A stretch of DNA of 64,000 nt from Myxococcota bacterium (GTDB taxonomy: Bacteria > Myxococcota_A > UBA9042 > PHBI01 > JAWLBL01), in the NCBI GenBank assembly GCA_041687695.1, contig JAWLBL010000013.1, positions 32,001 through 96,000 on the forward strand, read 5' to 3'. The translations under genes and the position numbers were made by a program. The notes under the pieces were generated by a model that saw only the letters and a program-made list of their open reading frames with translations, searched no databases and was not told the origin of the DNA. Each line of letters begins with the position of its first letter. Position 1 is the stretch's first letter. Positions 32,185 to 42,414 of the stretch are shown here, piece after piece.

Positions 32185-33395
32185 TCGGGGCTCTCGGCGT
32201 CCGTGCCCTCGGGCGCCTCCGACTCCGTGCCCTCGGGCGCCTCCGACTCCGTGCCCTCGGGCGCCTCCGACTCCGTGCCCTCGGGCGCCTCCGACTCCGT
32301 GCCCTCGGGCGCCTCCGAATCCGGCGCGGGCGCAGCGTCCGCGGGGGCCGGCGTCGCCGCCGCGCCCTGGGCCGGCATCACCTTCACGAAGGCGCCGCCG
32401 CGCAGCTCCTTGACCCACTGCTCGTAGAGCCGCTCGAGCTCGCGCTCGCGCAGCCGGTAGCGGATCTGGCGCAGGATGGTCTCGCGCTGCTCGGCGTCGA
32501 CTTGTTCGGTGCGCGTGTCGATGAGCTTGATGAGGTGGAAGCCGAACTCGGTGCGCACGGGCGCCGAGACCTCGCCCTTGGCCAGGGCGTAGGCGGCGTC
32601 CTCGAAGGCCGGGACGAGGTCGCCGCGCGAGAACCAGCCCAGGTCGCCGCCCGCCTGGGCGTTGTTGTCGGCGCTGTGGCGCCGCGCGAGGTCCTCGAAG
32701 CTCTGCTGCCCCGAGACCGCCTGCTCGCGGATGGCCTCCATCTTGGCCTTGATGTCGGCCTCCTCGGCCGCCGACGCGAACTCGGGCACCCGGACGAGGA
32801 TGTGGGCGGCCCGGCGCTCCTCGACCGCCTTGCCGGCGCCGAACTGCTCGGCGAAGACCCGCTCGACCTCGGCCTCGTCGATCTGGACGCGCGAGCCGAC
32901 CCGGATGCCGATGGCCTGGTTCTTGAGCAGCTCCCGCTCGGCGTGGCGGCGGTAGTCGGCGAGCGACTCGAAGCCGAGGCGCTTGACGGCCTCCTCGAGC
33001 TCGGCGTCCGACCAGGCGTTCTGCTTCTTCACCCGCGCGAGCTGGGCGTCGACCTGCTCGGGTGCCACCTCGAGCTTGAGCTTTTTGGCCTCGTCCCGGA
33101 TGAGCAGGTCGTTGACCAGGTTGTCGAGGGCCTCGCGCTCGAGCTGCACGAGCTCGTGCTGCGTCAGACCGCCGGTCCGCATGGCCTGGGCGACGAAGGG
33201 AGCCAGGGCGCGCTCGAGCTCGAAGCTGGTCACCGGCTCGACGTTGACCACGGCGATGATGCGGTCGACGACCCGTCCGCCGGGGGGCGGCCAGGGCTCG
33301 GTGGTCTCGACGGCGTGGGCCACGGGCGCCGCGGTCAGGGCGGCGGCCGAAAGGGCCGCCAGCTTCAGCCAGCGGGGGGCCGAGCGAAAGGTCAT
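32181..33395 (-). CDS. surA: SurA-like periplasmic chaperone/PPIase
   Basis: VDRIIAVVN, AAHILV, GGDLGWF, FEDAAYAL, GFHLIKL; upstream of pdxA. Confidence 0.85.
   Translation of the reverse strand: MTFRSAPRWLKLAALSAAALTAAPVAHAVETTEPWPPPGGRVVDRIIAVVNVEPVTSFELERALAPFVAQAMRTGGLTQHELVQLEREALDNLVNDLLIRDEAKKLKLEVAPEQVDAQLARVKKQNAWSDAELEEAVKRLGFESLADYRRHAERELLKNQAIGIRVGSRVQIDEAEVERVFAEQFGAGKAVEERRAAHILVRVPEFASAAEEADIKAKMEAIREQAVSGQQSFEDLARRHSADNNAQAGGDLGWFSRGDLVPAFEDAAYALAKGEVSAPVRTEFGFHLIKLIDTRTEQVDAEQRETILRQIRYRLRERELERLYEQWVKELRGGAFVKVMPAQGAAATPAPADAAPAPDSEAPEGTESEAPEGTESEAPEGTESEAPEGTESEAPEGTDAESPE
32200..32318 (-). repeat. 24-bp perfect tandem repeat x5 encoding SEAPEGTE tail
   Basis: TCCGTGCCCTCGGGCGCCTCCGAC units on + strand. 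Confidence 0.95.
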
Positions 33396-34708
33396 GGGGT
33401 CTCCTGGGTGGTCGCCGAGGGCGGCGCCGAGGGGGGCGGGGTTTCGGGAGCCGCCGAGCCGCTCGAGGTCGAGCCCGACCCGCCGCTCGAGGCCTTGCGA
33501 TCGCGCGCCATGAGGTCCTGCACCTCCTGGGGTGACAGGTTGGGCTTCTTGGCGTTGACGTCGAGCGGGATCTCTCGGCCGGCGTTGGACTTGCCGGGCG
33601 GCCGGGTCGTGACCAGGCCGCGCCGCAGACGCTCGTCGCTGAGGTGGGGGGTGCGCGGCGTGGCGCCGGCGGCGGGCTGGCCCGCGGCAGGGGCGGGGAG
33701 CGCGTCGAGGCGGTCGGCGAGGATCTCGACCTTGGTCTTCGCCATCAGCGCGTCGATGTAATCCTGCCGCACCTGCGCCTGCTTCTCGCGAAACAGGGCG
33801 TTCTGGATGTCCAGCCGGGCCTCCTGGAGGGTCCGCGTCGTGGCGGGCCGCACCTGGGTGACCTGGACGACCGCGAAGCGACCGTCGCCCAGCGGGAACG
33901 GCGCCGAGACGTCCCCGACCCCGTCGACCGCGAAGGCCTGCTTGACCACCGACCCCGGCACGCCCTCGGGCGGCGCCCCTTCGGCCGTGAGCCAGCCGAT
34001 GTCGCCCTTTCGGGCGGCCGTGGCCTCGTCCTTGGAGCGCACGCGGACGAAGTCGCCGAAGATCTGGCGCGCCTCCTTGGGCGTGGCCTCGATGGTCTTG
34101 GCGAGCACCGCGTGGACCTCGGCGGCCTCGTCCGCCGTCGGCAGCACCAGCACGGCGGCCCGGCGGCGCTCGGGCTGCACGAAGTCGTCGCGCTTGTCTT
34201 CGTACCACGCCGCGATCTCGGCCTCGGTGATGTCGGCCATGGTCGGCCCGGACCTCACCACGTCCTCGAGCAGCGCGCGGGCGAGCGCGTCCTTCCAGGC
34301 CTCCTGGACCCTGGGCTGCTGGTCGAGCCCCTGGCGCTTGGCCTCGGCCGCTATGACCTCGAACTGGACCATCGCCCGCAGCAGCTCCTCTCGGTTCGCC
34401 TGCGACGCGTAGCGCGCCTGCATGTGGGGCGGCTGCTGGCGAATGCGCGCCGCGACGTCGGCCAGCGTGATGCGGTGCTCGCCGAAGCGCGCCACCTCGA
34501 CGTTGGCGATCTCGGGCGGGAGATCCGTCGCCGCGGCGCTGGCCGCCACGGCCGCCTGGCCGTCGGTCACGGCCTTCCGGGCCTGCTCGGCCCGCTCGGC
34601 GGCCTCGGCGCGGCGCGCGGTGACCACGTCGGCCTTGTCCGGCTTGCATCCAGCGACCAGCCCGAGCAGGGCGAGGGCGCTCAGGCCCGTCCCGATGGCA
34701 ATCCTCAT
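33392..34708 (-). CDS. PpiC/parvulin-type PPIase lipoprotein
   Basis: VAGC lipobox, SKDEATAARKGDIGWL, VSAPF. Confidence 0.85.
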   Translation of the reverse strand: MRIAIGTGLSALALLGLVAGCKPDKADVVTARRAEAAERAEQARKAVTDGQAAVAASAAATDLPPEIANVEVARFGEHRITLADVAARIRQQPPHMQARYASQANREELLRAMVQFEVIAAEAKRQGLDQQPRVQEAWKDALARALLEDVVRSGPTMADITEAEIAAWYEDKRDDFVQPERRRAAVLVLPTADEAAEVHAVLAKTIEATPKEARQIFGDFVRVRSKDEATAARKGDIGWLTAEGAPPEGVPGSVVKQAFAVDGVGDVSAPFPLGDGRFAVVQVTQVRPATTRTLQEARLDIQNALFREKQAQVRQDYIDALMAKTKVEILADRLDALPAPAAGQPAAGATPRTPHLSDERLRRGLVTTRPPGKSNAGREIPLDVNAKKPNLSPQEVQDLMARDRKASSGGSGSTSSGSAAPETPPPSAPPSATTQETP

Positions 34709-34729
34709 GCTTGGCTCTGCTCCCGGCCC

Positions 34730-37700
34730 TCAGGCCTGCGGTCGATGATGGGGCGGCGCGCCGGGCGGCGCCTTGTCGGAGGGCCGGGCCCGGGCAAGGA
34801 ACGCGCGCAGGTCCCGCAGGATTTCCCGCAGCGGCTCGAGACCACGCGCCCACTCGCCCTGCGAGACGGATCGGATCATCTGTCCCTCGGGGGTCAGGCG
34901 CAGGCGTCCGCCGGCGCCGTTCACGAGGCGCGTCAACAGATCCGGCGTCCACACGCCGTGCTCGGCGACCCCGAAGCTCATGCGTGCGCTGGAGTATCCG
35001 ACGGAGCTGAGGCCGAGCTCGCGGGCCTCGATCTTCACGGCCATCAGCTCGACCAGGTTCGCGACCGGCTGGGGCGCCTTGCCATAGCGGTCGATGGCAT
35101 CGTGGTACACGGCGAACAGCTCGTCCACGTTCTTCGCGCCGGCCAGCTGCTTGTACAGCCGCAGCCTCAGGGTCGTGTCGGGCAGCCAGCGCTCGGGGAT
35201 GCGGCCCTCGACCGAGACCTTCAGCTCGGGATCCGGCAGCTCGCGGCGGGGCGCCGCCTCGTCGGCCCCGCCGGACAGGCCCTCTTCCCTGAGGTCTTCG
35301 ATGGCCTGCTGCAGCAGCTCGATGTAGGCGTCGTAGCCGACCGCCTCGATCTGCCCGCTCTGGTCCGCGCCCAGGAGGTCGCCGGAGCCGCGGATGTCCA
35401 GGTCGTACGAGGCGATCTGGAAGCCGCTGCCCAGCTCGGTGAAGCGCTGGATGGCCGCGATGCGCTGCTGCGCGTCGCCGCTGAGGTTCTGCGGGGCCGG
35501 GATGAGCAGGTAGCAGTAGGCGCGCTCGCTGGAGCGCCCGACCCGGCCGCGCAGCTGATAGAGCTGCGCGAGGCCGAACCGGTCGGCGCGGTTGATGATC
35601 ATCGTGTTGGCGTTGGGGATGTCGATGCCGCTCTCGATGATGGTCGTGCACACGAGCACGTTCGCCTCGCCGCGCATGAAGCGCATCATCACCTCTTCGA
35701 GGCGCGTGCGGTCCATCTGGCCATGGCCGACGATGACGCGCGCGCCGGGGACGAGGCGCCCGATGAGCTCGGCGTGCTTGTCGATGTCCTCGACGCGGTT
35801 GTGGACGTAGTAGACCTGCCCGCCGCGCTTGAGCTCGCCCTCGATCGCCTCGGCGACGATCTCCTCGTTGGGCTGCGCCACCATGGTGCGGATCGCCAGG
35901 CGGTCGGCCGGCGGCGTCTGGATGAGGGAGATGTCGCGCAGACCCGACAGCGCCAGGTTGAGCGTGCGCGGGATGGGCGTCGCGGTCAGCGTCAGCACGT
36001 CCACGTTGGCGCGCACCTCCTTCAGACGCTCCTTGTGCGACACGCCGAAGCGGTGCTCCTCGTCGACGACCAGCAGGCCGAGGTCGCGGAAGACGACGTC
36101 CTTGGACAGCAGCCGGTGGGTGCCGATGAGGATGTCCACGTCGCCGCGCTTGACGCGATCGAGGACCTCCTTGGACTCCTTGCTCGAGCGCGAGCTGCTG
36201 AGGACCTCGATGTTGACGGGCAGGCCGTCGAAGCGCCGGACGAAGCTGAGGCGGTGCTGCTCGGCCAGCACCACGGTCGGCACCAGGAGCGCCACCTGCT
36301 TGCCGTCGAGGACGGCCTTGGCGGCCGCGCGCATCGCCACCTCGGTCTTGCCGAAGCCGACGTCGCCGCACACGAGGCGGTCCATCGGCCGGGCGCGCTG
36401 CATGTCCTCGAGCACCTCCTCGATGGCCTTGTGCTGGTCCGGCGTCTCGTCGTACGGGAACGCCGCCTCGAAGCGCGAGAAGTACTCGCCGGGCGGCGAG
36501 AAGGCGTACCCCTGGCGGAGCTCTCGCTCGGCGTAGATCTTGAGCAGCTGCTTGGCGATGTCGCGGACGGCCTTCTTGACGCGCGACTTGGTCCGCTGCC
36601 ACCCCGTGCCGCCGAGCTTGTCGAGCGGCGGCGCGCCCGAGTCGCCGGGCGTGTGCCGCGAGACGAGGTGCAGCTTGTCGACCGGGACGAAGAGCTTGTT
36701 GTGGCCCGAGTACTCGATGACCAGGAAGTCGGTCTCGATGTTGCCGACCGCCGTCTTGGTCAGGCCCACGTACCGCCCGATGCCGTGCATCAGGTGGACC
36801 ACGTAGTCGCCTTCCTTGAGGTCGCGCCAGCTGGCCAGCGCCGCCTCGGAGGGCGCGCCGCGTCGCACGGCGCGGCGGCGGGCCTTCTTGCCCAGGATCT
36901 CGGTCTCGTCGAGGATCACCAGGCCCAGGTCGGGCGACCGGAAGCCCTGCCCCGGGTCGCCGACGAAGAGGTCCACCTCGGCGTCCGAGGCGCGTAGCGC
37001 CGTCACCAGCCCCAGGTGGAAGTCGCCCTGGTGGCGCGCGACCTTCAGCCCGTAGTGGCCCAGCAGCCCCTTGATGCGCTCGGCCCCGCCCTCGGTGTGC
37101 GAGCACACGACCACCGGCCAGCCCTGCTCGCGCCACTCGCGCACGCGCCGGGTCAGGGGGGCCAGCACCTGGTCCTCGCCCGCGCGCGTCGCGGCCTCGA
37201 TCTCTCGCCGGACGTCGGCGTTGTCGACCACGTCCCAGCGCACCGCCTCGGCGCCGTCGCCCACCATCTCGAACGGCAGCAGGCGCCCGGCGACGACCCG
37301 ATCGAGCCGGGCCAGCGCCTCGTCGGCCTCGAGGTACAGCGCCTCGGCGCGGTAGGCCAGGTCGGCGCCGCCGGCCCGCGCGCGCTCGGCCCGCTTGGCG
37401 ACGTCCTCCCAGCGCTCCGTCAGGATGGCGCGGCAGCGGTCGGGGTCCTCGACGAACCACAGCGCGTCGCGCGGCGCGAGGTCGAACAGGGTCTCGAGCT
37501 GGTCGTAGAAGGCGGGGAGCAGCTCCTCCATCCCCACGCCGAGGATGCCGTTCTGGATGTCCTCGGCGACCGCGCGCGCGCGCGAGGTGGGGATGTGCAG
37601 CTCGTCGGCGAGGTCGTGGATGGCGTTGCGGGCGCGCCGCATCGACGCGTCCGTGAAGAGGATGTCGCGCGCCGGCCCGACGACGATCTCGGAGACCGGG

Positions 37701-38374
37701 TCGGTGGTCTGCTGCGTGGCCGGGTCGAAGAAGCGGAGGCTGTCGACCTCGTCGCCCCACAGATCGATGCGGACGGGCAGGTCGTACAGCGGCGTGTAGA
37801 CGTCCACGATGCCGCCGCGGACGGCGAAGCTGCCCGGGTCTTCGACGGCCGGGACGCCGTGGTAGCCGGCGCCGGCCAAGAACGAGAGCAGCCCGTCGCG
37901 GTCGAGCGTGTCGCCGACCGAGACGATCCAGGCGCTGTCGGTCAGGGCCGAGCGCGGCATCACGCGGTCGAGCAGCGCGCGGGCCGGGATGACCAGGGCG
38001 GCGACGTCCAGGCCGTTGACCACGCGGAAGAGGCTGGCGACGCGATCCATGACGTGGACGCGCGAGGGGCTCATCCCGGAAAAGGGCGTGTGGTCCAGGC
38101 CGCGGAACAGGACCACCGGGTCGAGCTGGCCCTGGGGCGGCTCGAAGAAGTCGAGGCCGGCGCGCAGCTCGGCGGCGCGGTCGTCGTCGGGCGTCACCAC
38201 CACCAGCGGGCGCGGGCGCTTGTCACGGAGGGCCGCCAGGACGAAGCCCGCGAAGCCGCCGCTGGCCCCGACGACGTCCGCCGGGCGGCCGGCGTCGATG
38301 GCCTGGACCAGCTGCTCGAGGCGGCGTGAGGTCGGCGCGACCGGGACTCGGTCGTTCGTGTGCGGGCCGGACAA
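34730..38374 (-). CDS. mfd: Transcription-repair coupling factor
   Basis: RGGIVDVY, HGIGRY, GDVGFGKT, DEEHRFG, TATPIPRT, QLRGRVGR; TTG start after AAGGAG. Confidence 0.97.
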   Translation of the reverse strand: MSGPHTNDRVPVAPTSRRLEQLVQAIDAGRPADVVGASGGFAGFVLAALRDKRPRPLVVVTPDDDRAAELRAGLDFFEPPQGQLDPVVLFRGLDHTPFSGMSPSRVHVMDRVASLFRVVNGLDVAALVIPARALLDRVMPRSALTDSAWIVSVGDTLDRDGLLSFLAGAGYHGVPAVEDPGSFAVRGGIVDVYTPLYDLPVRIDLWGDEVDSLRFFDPATQQTTDPVSEIVVGPARDILFTDASMRRARNAIHDLADELHIPTSRARAVAEDIQNGILGVGMEELLPAFYDQLETLFDLAPRDALWFVEDPDRCRAILTERWEDVAKRAERARAGGADLAYRAEALYLEADEALARLDRVVAGRLLPFEMVGDGAEAVRWDVVDNADVRREIEAATRAGEDQVLAPLTRRVREWREQGWPVVVCSHTEGGAERIKGLLGHYGLKVARHQGDFHLGLVTALRASDAEVDLFVGDPGQGFRSPDLGLVILDETEILGKKARRRAVRRGAPSEAALASWRDLKEGDYVVHLMHGIGRYVGLTKTAVGNIETDFLVIEYSGHNKLFVPVDKLHLVSRHTPGDSGAPPLDKLGGTGWQRTKSRVKKAVRDIAKQLLKIYAERELRQGYAFSPPGEYFSRFEAAFPYDETPDQHKAIEEVLEDMQRARPMDRLVCGDVGFGKTEVAMRAAAKAVLDGKQVALLVPTVVLAEQHRLSFVRRFDGLPVNIEVLSSSRSSKESKEVLDRVKRGDVDILIGTHRLLSKDVVFRDLGLLVVDEEHRFGVSHKERLKEVRANVDVLTLTATPIPRTLNLALSGLRDISLIQTPPADRLAIRTMVAQPNEEIVAEAIEGELKRGGQVYYVHNRVEDIDKHAELIGRLVPGARVIVGHGQMDRTRLEEVMMRFMRGEANVLVCTTIIESGIDIPNANTMIINRADRFGLAQLYQLRGRVGRSSERAYCYLLIPAPQNLSGDAQQRIAAIQRFTELGSGFQIASYDLDIRGSGDLLGADQSGQIEAVGYDAYIELLQQAIEDLREEGLSGGADEAAPRRELPDPELKVSVEGRIPERWLPDTTLRLRLYKQLAGAKNVDELFAVYHDAIDRYGKAPQPVANLVELMAVKIEARELGLSSVGYSSARMSFGVAEHGVWTPDLLTRLVNGAGGRLRLTPEGQMIRSVSQGEWARGLEPLREILRDLRAFLARARPSDKAPPGAPPHHRPQA

Positions 38375-38423
38375 CGGAGGCTCCTTCGGGGCGCGAGGTC
38401 CACCGGATGAATGGGGGGCGCGC

Positions 38424-38452
38424 AACCTAGTCACATCCGTTCAGTCATTCAA
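38424..38452 (-). promoter_or_regulatory. Candidate mfd operon promoter
   Basis: TTGAAT-N17-TAGGTT. Confidence 0.55.
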
Positions 38453-38523
38453 GGCCCTGGTCGGCAGAAAGTGCGCGGCGCCCGCCCGGTGAGCCTCGTT
38501 CCACGCGCCTCACTCGGTGCGCC

Positions 38524-39975
38524 TCACTCAGTACGATAGTCGACCTGCTCGACCGACTTCACCCGCGCCCACGTCCGCAGCGGCTCGGCGAGGTCCTTGG
38601 CGGTGGCGACCACGACGACGACCACCTGGTCGGGCGTCAGGTGGCGGCGGATCGCGGCGTTGACCTGCTCGGGCGTGACGGCGTCGACCAGCGCACGGAA
38701 GCGCTCGACCCAGTCCGCCGGGCGACCTTGCAGGTGGGCGCCCAGCAGCTCGTTCAGGCGCTTGTCCGCCGTGTCGATGGCGAAGGCGTGGCCGTTGACG
38801 AGGTAGCTCTTGGCGAAGGCGACCTCGTCGGCCGTGACGCCGTCCTTCACCAGCGCGGCGAACAGCTCGTCGGCGAGCTGGATGGCCGGCAGGGTGTCCC
38901 CGATGGCGGGGTAGAAGCGGATGGTGAAGGTCCCGAGGTGGCGGTCGGTGCTGAGGTAGCTGTAGGCGCCGTAGGACCAGCCGCGCTTTTCGCGGATCTC
39001 GTGGCTGAGCTTGGCCGTGAAGGTGCCGCCGAACAGGGTGTGGGCGACCAGGAGCGGCACGAAGTCGGGGTGGTTGGCGTCCAGGGTCGGGTGGCCGATG
39101 TAGACCTGCGTCTGGCTGCGCTCGGGCTTGTCGACGATGAGGGCGCCGTAGGCCGCCGGGGGCGTCGCCGGCGGGACCGGCATCGCGCTGGCCGGGGCGT
39201 CGGGCAGGCGGGCCGCGGTGCGCTCGAGGAAGGTGGCCACGCGCGCGCGGTCGGCGTCACCCGAGACGCCGAGCACCGCGCCGCCCCGCTTGAAGTGGGC
39301 GCGGTAGAAGTCGACGACGTCCTGGCGGGAGATGGCGGCGATGGTCTTCGAGGTGCCCTTGAGCGGGCGGCCGTAGGGGTGGCCGGCGAAGAGGCGCTTG
39401 ACGAAGAAGCGCTGGCCGAGGGCCGAGTCGTTGTCCTGGACCTGCGCCAGCTCGGCCAGGGTCTGCCGCTTGAGCTTGTCCAGCTCGTCCAGAGGGAAGG
39501 TCGGCTCGGCCAGGACCGTGCCGAGCAGCGCCTCGAAGGCGTCGAGGTTGCGCGTGAGCGCGTCGCCCGTCAGCGTCGTGGTGTCGCGGCCGGTCGACAC
39601 GGACAGGTGCGAGCCCAGGAAGTCGAGCTCGTCGGCGATGGTCTCCTGCGTGAGCTGGCCGGCGCCGCGCGTCAGCATCTGCCCCGTCAGGTAGGCCAGC
39701 CCCTCCTTGCCCGGCGGGTCGAGCAGCGAGCCGACCCGCAGCGTCAGCGACCAGGTCGAGATGGGCCGCGTCGGGTCGGGGACGTGGATGACGTCCACGC
39801 CGCCGAGGGTGTCGACGCTGGAGGGGCGGCTCTCGGTAGGCTGCGTCACGGTCGGGGACTCCGGGGACGGGCGCTTGGGGGGCGCGGCGAGGGGGGCGCG
39901 CGCGGCGAAGGCCAGGAAGGCGCAGCCGACCGTGGCGATCTCCATCAGGCGCGTGGTGGATGGCCAGGACAGCAT
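38524..39975 (-). CDS. M16 family peptidase, non-catalytic subunit
   Basis: GSLLDPPGKEGLAYLT (no HxxEH), IREKRGWSYG; start uncertain. Confidence 0.88.
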   Translation of the reverse strand: MLSWPSTTRLMEIATVGCAFLAFAARAPLAAPPKRPSPESPTVTQPTESRPSSVDTLGGVDVIHVPDPTRPISTWSLTLRVGSLLDPPGKEGLAYLTGQMLTRGAGQLTQETIADELDFLGSHLSVSTGRDTTTLTGDALTRNLDAFEALLGTVLAEPTFPLDELDKLKRQTLAELAQVQDNDSALGQRFFVKRLFAGHPYGRPLKGTSKTIAAISRQDVVDFYRAHFKRGGAVLGVSGDADRARVATFLERTAARLPDAPASAMPVPPATPPAAYGALIVDKPERSQTQVYIGHPTLDANHPDFVPLLVAHTLFGGTFTAKLSHEIREKRGWSYGAYSYLSTDRHLGTFTIRFYPAIGDTLPAIQLADELFAALVKDGVTADEVAFAKSYLVNGHAFAIDTADKRLNELLGAHLQGRPADWVERFRALVDAVTPEQVNAAIRRHLTPDQVVVVVVATAKDLAEPLRTWARVKSVEQVDYRTE

Positions 39976-39985
39976 CGGGTTCGGC

Positions 39986-41446
39986 TCAGTCGGCCAGCGC
40001 GTCGGGGGCGTCCGGCGTCTCCCCGTCCTCGGCGGCCTCGGGTTGCGGACGGGCGGCGAGCACGGTCCGGTTCTCGCGCCGCAGCACCTTGCGGGCGACC
40101 GCCAGCACGTCGTCGGCCGTGACCTTCCGCAGGGCCTCCATCTCGGCGATGAAGCGCTTGTAGTCGCCCGCCGTGGTCTCGGCGTCGCCCAGAGCGCGGG
40201 CGCGGCTTCCGACGTCGGCCAGGCTGCGCAGGAAGCTCGCCTCGAGGCCGTTCTTGGCCTTGTCGAGCTCACGCGCGGTGACCGGCTCGCGGGTGACCCG
40301 CTCGAGCGCCTCGTCCATGGCGCGCTCGGCGTCGGCCAGCGCCTTGCCCGGCTGCATCGTCACGCCGATCTCGTACAGCCCCGGCATCGCCCAGCTCGGT
40401 GCGTAGCCGCCGACGTCGCTGGCCAGCTCGAGGTCGGTCACCAGCAGCTTGTGCAGGCGCGCCGACTCGCCGCCGACCAGGATCTCGTTGAGCACCACCA
40501 GCGGCGCATGGCCCGGGTCCGTGATGGCCGGCGCGTGCCACGCGTAGATGCCCTTCTCGGCGGCGATGGCCAGCTCGAGCACCTTGCGCTTTTCGGCCTT
40601 CTGCGGCGGCTCGACCTTCACGTCCTCGGCCGGGACCGGCTGCGCCTGCAGGTGGCCGTAGTACTTCTGGATCGTCCGCAGCGCCTCGGGGCCGTCGACG
40701 TCGCCCACCAGCACCACCGTCGCGTTGTTCGGCGCGTAGTACAGGCGATAGAACTCGAGGCAGTCCTCGAGGGTGATGGCCTCGATGTCCTTCATCCAGC
40801 CGATGGTCGGCCACCCGTAGGTGTGGACGTCGTAGGCCAGGGCGTACAGCTCCTCGTACATGCGGCCGTCGGGGTCGTTGTCGACCCGCAGCAGCCGCTC
40901 GTTCTTGACCACCTCGCGCTCGCTCTCGAGCTGCTGGGCGTTCAGGATCATGTGCTCCATGCGGTCAGCCTCGAGGCTCGCCACGAGGTCCAGGTTCCCG
41001 GCCGGGAGCTTCTCCTTGTAATAGGTCCAGTCGACCCAGGTCGCCGCGTTGGTCTGGGCGCCGTGCTTCTCCATGACCTGGTCGAACTCGCCGTCCGCCA
41101 TGTTCTTGGTGGCCTTGAACATGAGGTGCTCGAACAGGTGGGCGATGCCGGTGCGGCCCTCCTTCTCGTGGCGCGACCCGACCCGGAACCACGTGTGGTA
41201 CGAGAACACGGGCGCGGCGTGGTCCTCCCACAGGATGACCGTCAGGCCGTTGCCCATGCGGAACTTGTCGATGTGGGCCGGCCCGAGGGTGAGCCGGTCG
41301 ACCCGCTCGAGGCGCGCGGTGGGCGCCTGGTCCCGGTTCAGCTCGACCAGCGTGGCGTCGTCGACGCCCAGGGCCGTGCTCGTCACCGTCATCGTCGTCA
41401 TGAGGATCCCCAAAAGGCCGGTCGCTCGGGTCCGCGTCCACCACAT
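39986..41446 (-). CDS. M16 (pitrilysin) family zinc peptidase
   Basis: TGIAHLFEHLMFK, NAAT, EREVVKNER, YYAPNNA. Confidence 0.93.
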   Translation of the reverse strand: MWWTRTRATGLLGILMTTMTVTSTALGVDDATLVELNRDQAPTARLERVDRLTLGPAHIDKFRMGNGLTVILWEDHAAPVFSYHTWFRVGSRHEKEGRTGIAHLFEHLMFKATKNMADGEFDQVMEKHGAQTNAATWVDWTYYKEKLPAGNLDLVASLEADRMEHMILNAQQLESEREVVKNERLLRVDNDPDGRMYEELYALAYDVHTYGWPTIGWMKDIEAITLEDCLEFYRLYYAPNNATVVLVGDVDGPEALRTIQKYYGHLQAQPVPAEDVKVEPPQKAEKRKVLELAIAAEKGIYAWHAPAITDPGHAPLVVLNEILVGGESARLHKLLVTDLELASDVGGYAPSWAMPGLYEIGVTMQPGKALADAERAMDEALERVTREPVTARELDKAKNGLEASFLRSLADVGSRARALGDAETTAGDYKRFIAEMEALRKVTADDVLAVARKVLRRENRTVLAARPQPEAAEDGETPDAPDALAD

Positions 41447-41523
41447 GAGGCAGGGACGCTAATGGACCTCGGGCGGGGCGGCAAGCCCGGGGTGCGCGCG
41501 CTGCAGGAGCCGTGGGGGCCGCG

Positions 41524-42369
41524 CTACCAGCTGGCGCCGAGGCGGGTCCTGACGTCCCACAGGGCCGGGAAGAAGCGCTTGCCCAGCGTTGTGCGCAGGT
41601 AGGCGGCGCCGGGGCTGCCGCCCGTGCCGATCTTGGCCCCGATGACGCGCTCGACCATCTGGACGTGGCGGAAGCGCCAGGTCTGGAAGAGCTCGTCGTA
41701 CTCGATGAGGTACTCGCAGGTCAGGTAGAGGTCGTAGTGCCGCGCGGTGTCGCTGTAGATGCCGTGCAGGGCGTCGACGACCCGGGCGGCGTCGGGCGAG
41801 TCGGGCTCGGGGGCGGCGTCGGGGACGTCGAAGCCGCGGCGGGCGAGGGCGCCGAGGAAGGCGTCGTAGACGGAGCGGCCGGCCAGGCGCCGCTCGAGGC
41901 GCTCGCGGGCGGGCTGCACCTCGCGGTGGAGCTTGAGGTAGCGCGGGTCCTTGATGCCGCTCAGGGCCTCGAGCTCGCGGAACTGGGCGCTCTGGAAGCC
42001 GCTGGCCGGGTTGAGCAGGCTGCGGAAGGCGTTGAAGTCCTGCGGGGTCATGGTCTCGAGGACCAGGATCTGCTCGACGAGGACGCGCTGGATGGCCGTG
42101 ACCCGGTGGAAGATCTTGTGGGTCGCGAGGATGGCGTCCTGGTCGAAGGCGGCCACCGCGCCGTCGAGCTCGTGCAGGAGCTGCTTGAACCAGAGCTCGT
42201 GGACCTGGTGGATGAGGATGAAGAGCAGCTCGTCGTGGTGCTCGGGGCGCGACAGCGGCGTCTGGAGCGCGAGGAGCTCCTCGACGCGCAGGTATGAGCC
42301 GTAGGTCACGCCCTCGCGCGGCGGGTCGGGCGGGAAGCTGGGGGACGCGGGGTCGAAGGGCTCGGTCAT
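41524..42369 (-). CDS. kynA: Tryptophan 2,3-dioxygenase
   Basis: HHDELLFILIHQVHELWFK, ASGFQSAQFR, WRFRH, IGAKIGTGGS. Confidence 0.95.
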   Translation of the reverse strand: MTEPFDPASPSFPPDPPREGVTYGSYLRVEELLALQTPLSRPEHHDELLFILIHQVHELWFKQLLHELDGAVAAFDQDAILATHKIFHRVTAIQRVLVEQILVLETMTPQDFNAFRSLLNPASGFQSAQFRELEALSGIKDPRYLKLHREVQPARERLERRLAGRSVYDAFLGALARRGFDVPDAAPEPDSPDAARVVDALHGIYSDTARHYDLYLTCEYLIEYDELFQTWRFRHVQMVERVIGAKIGTGGSPGAAYLRTTLGKRFFPALWDVRTRLGASW

Positions 42370-42414
42370 GCGGTCACCGGGCGCGCGGTCCCCGACGCGG
42401 CAGGGGCGGGCGCG

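Noticed and set aside
32181..37760. 1859-aa ORF in the track
   Set aside because: Only the 3' part (surA, from 33395) is protein-like; the rest is an off-frame read-through of mfd and the PPIase gene, typical of high-GC DNA.
38524..39975. Inactive M16 peptidase as a novelty
   Set aside because: Active plus inactive M16B heterodimer pairs are well known.
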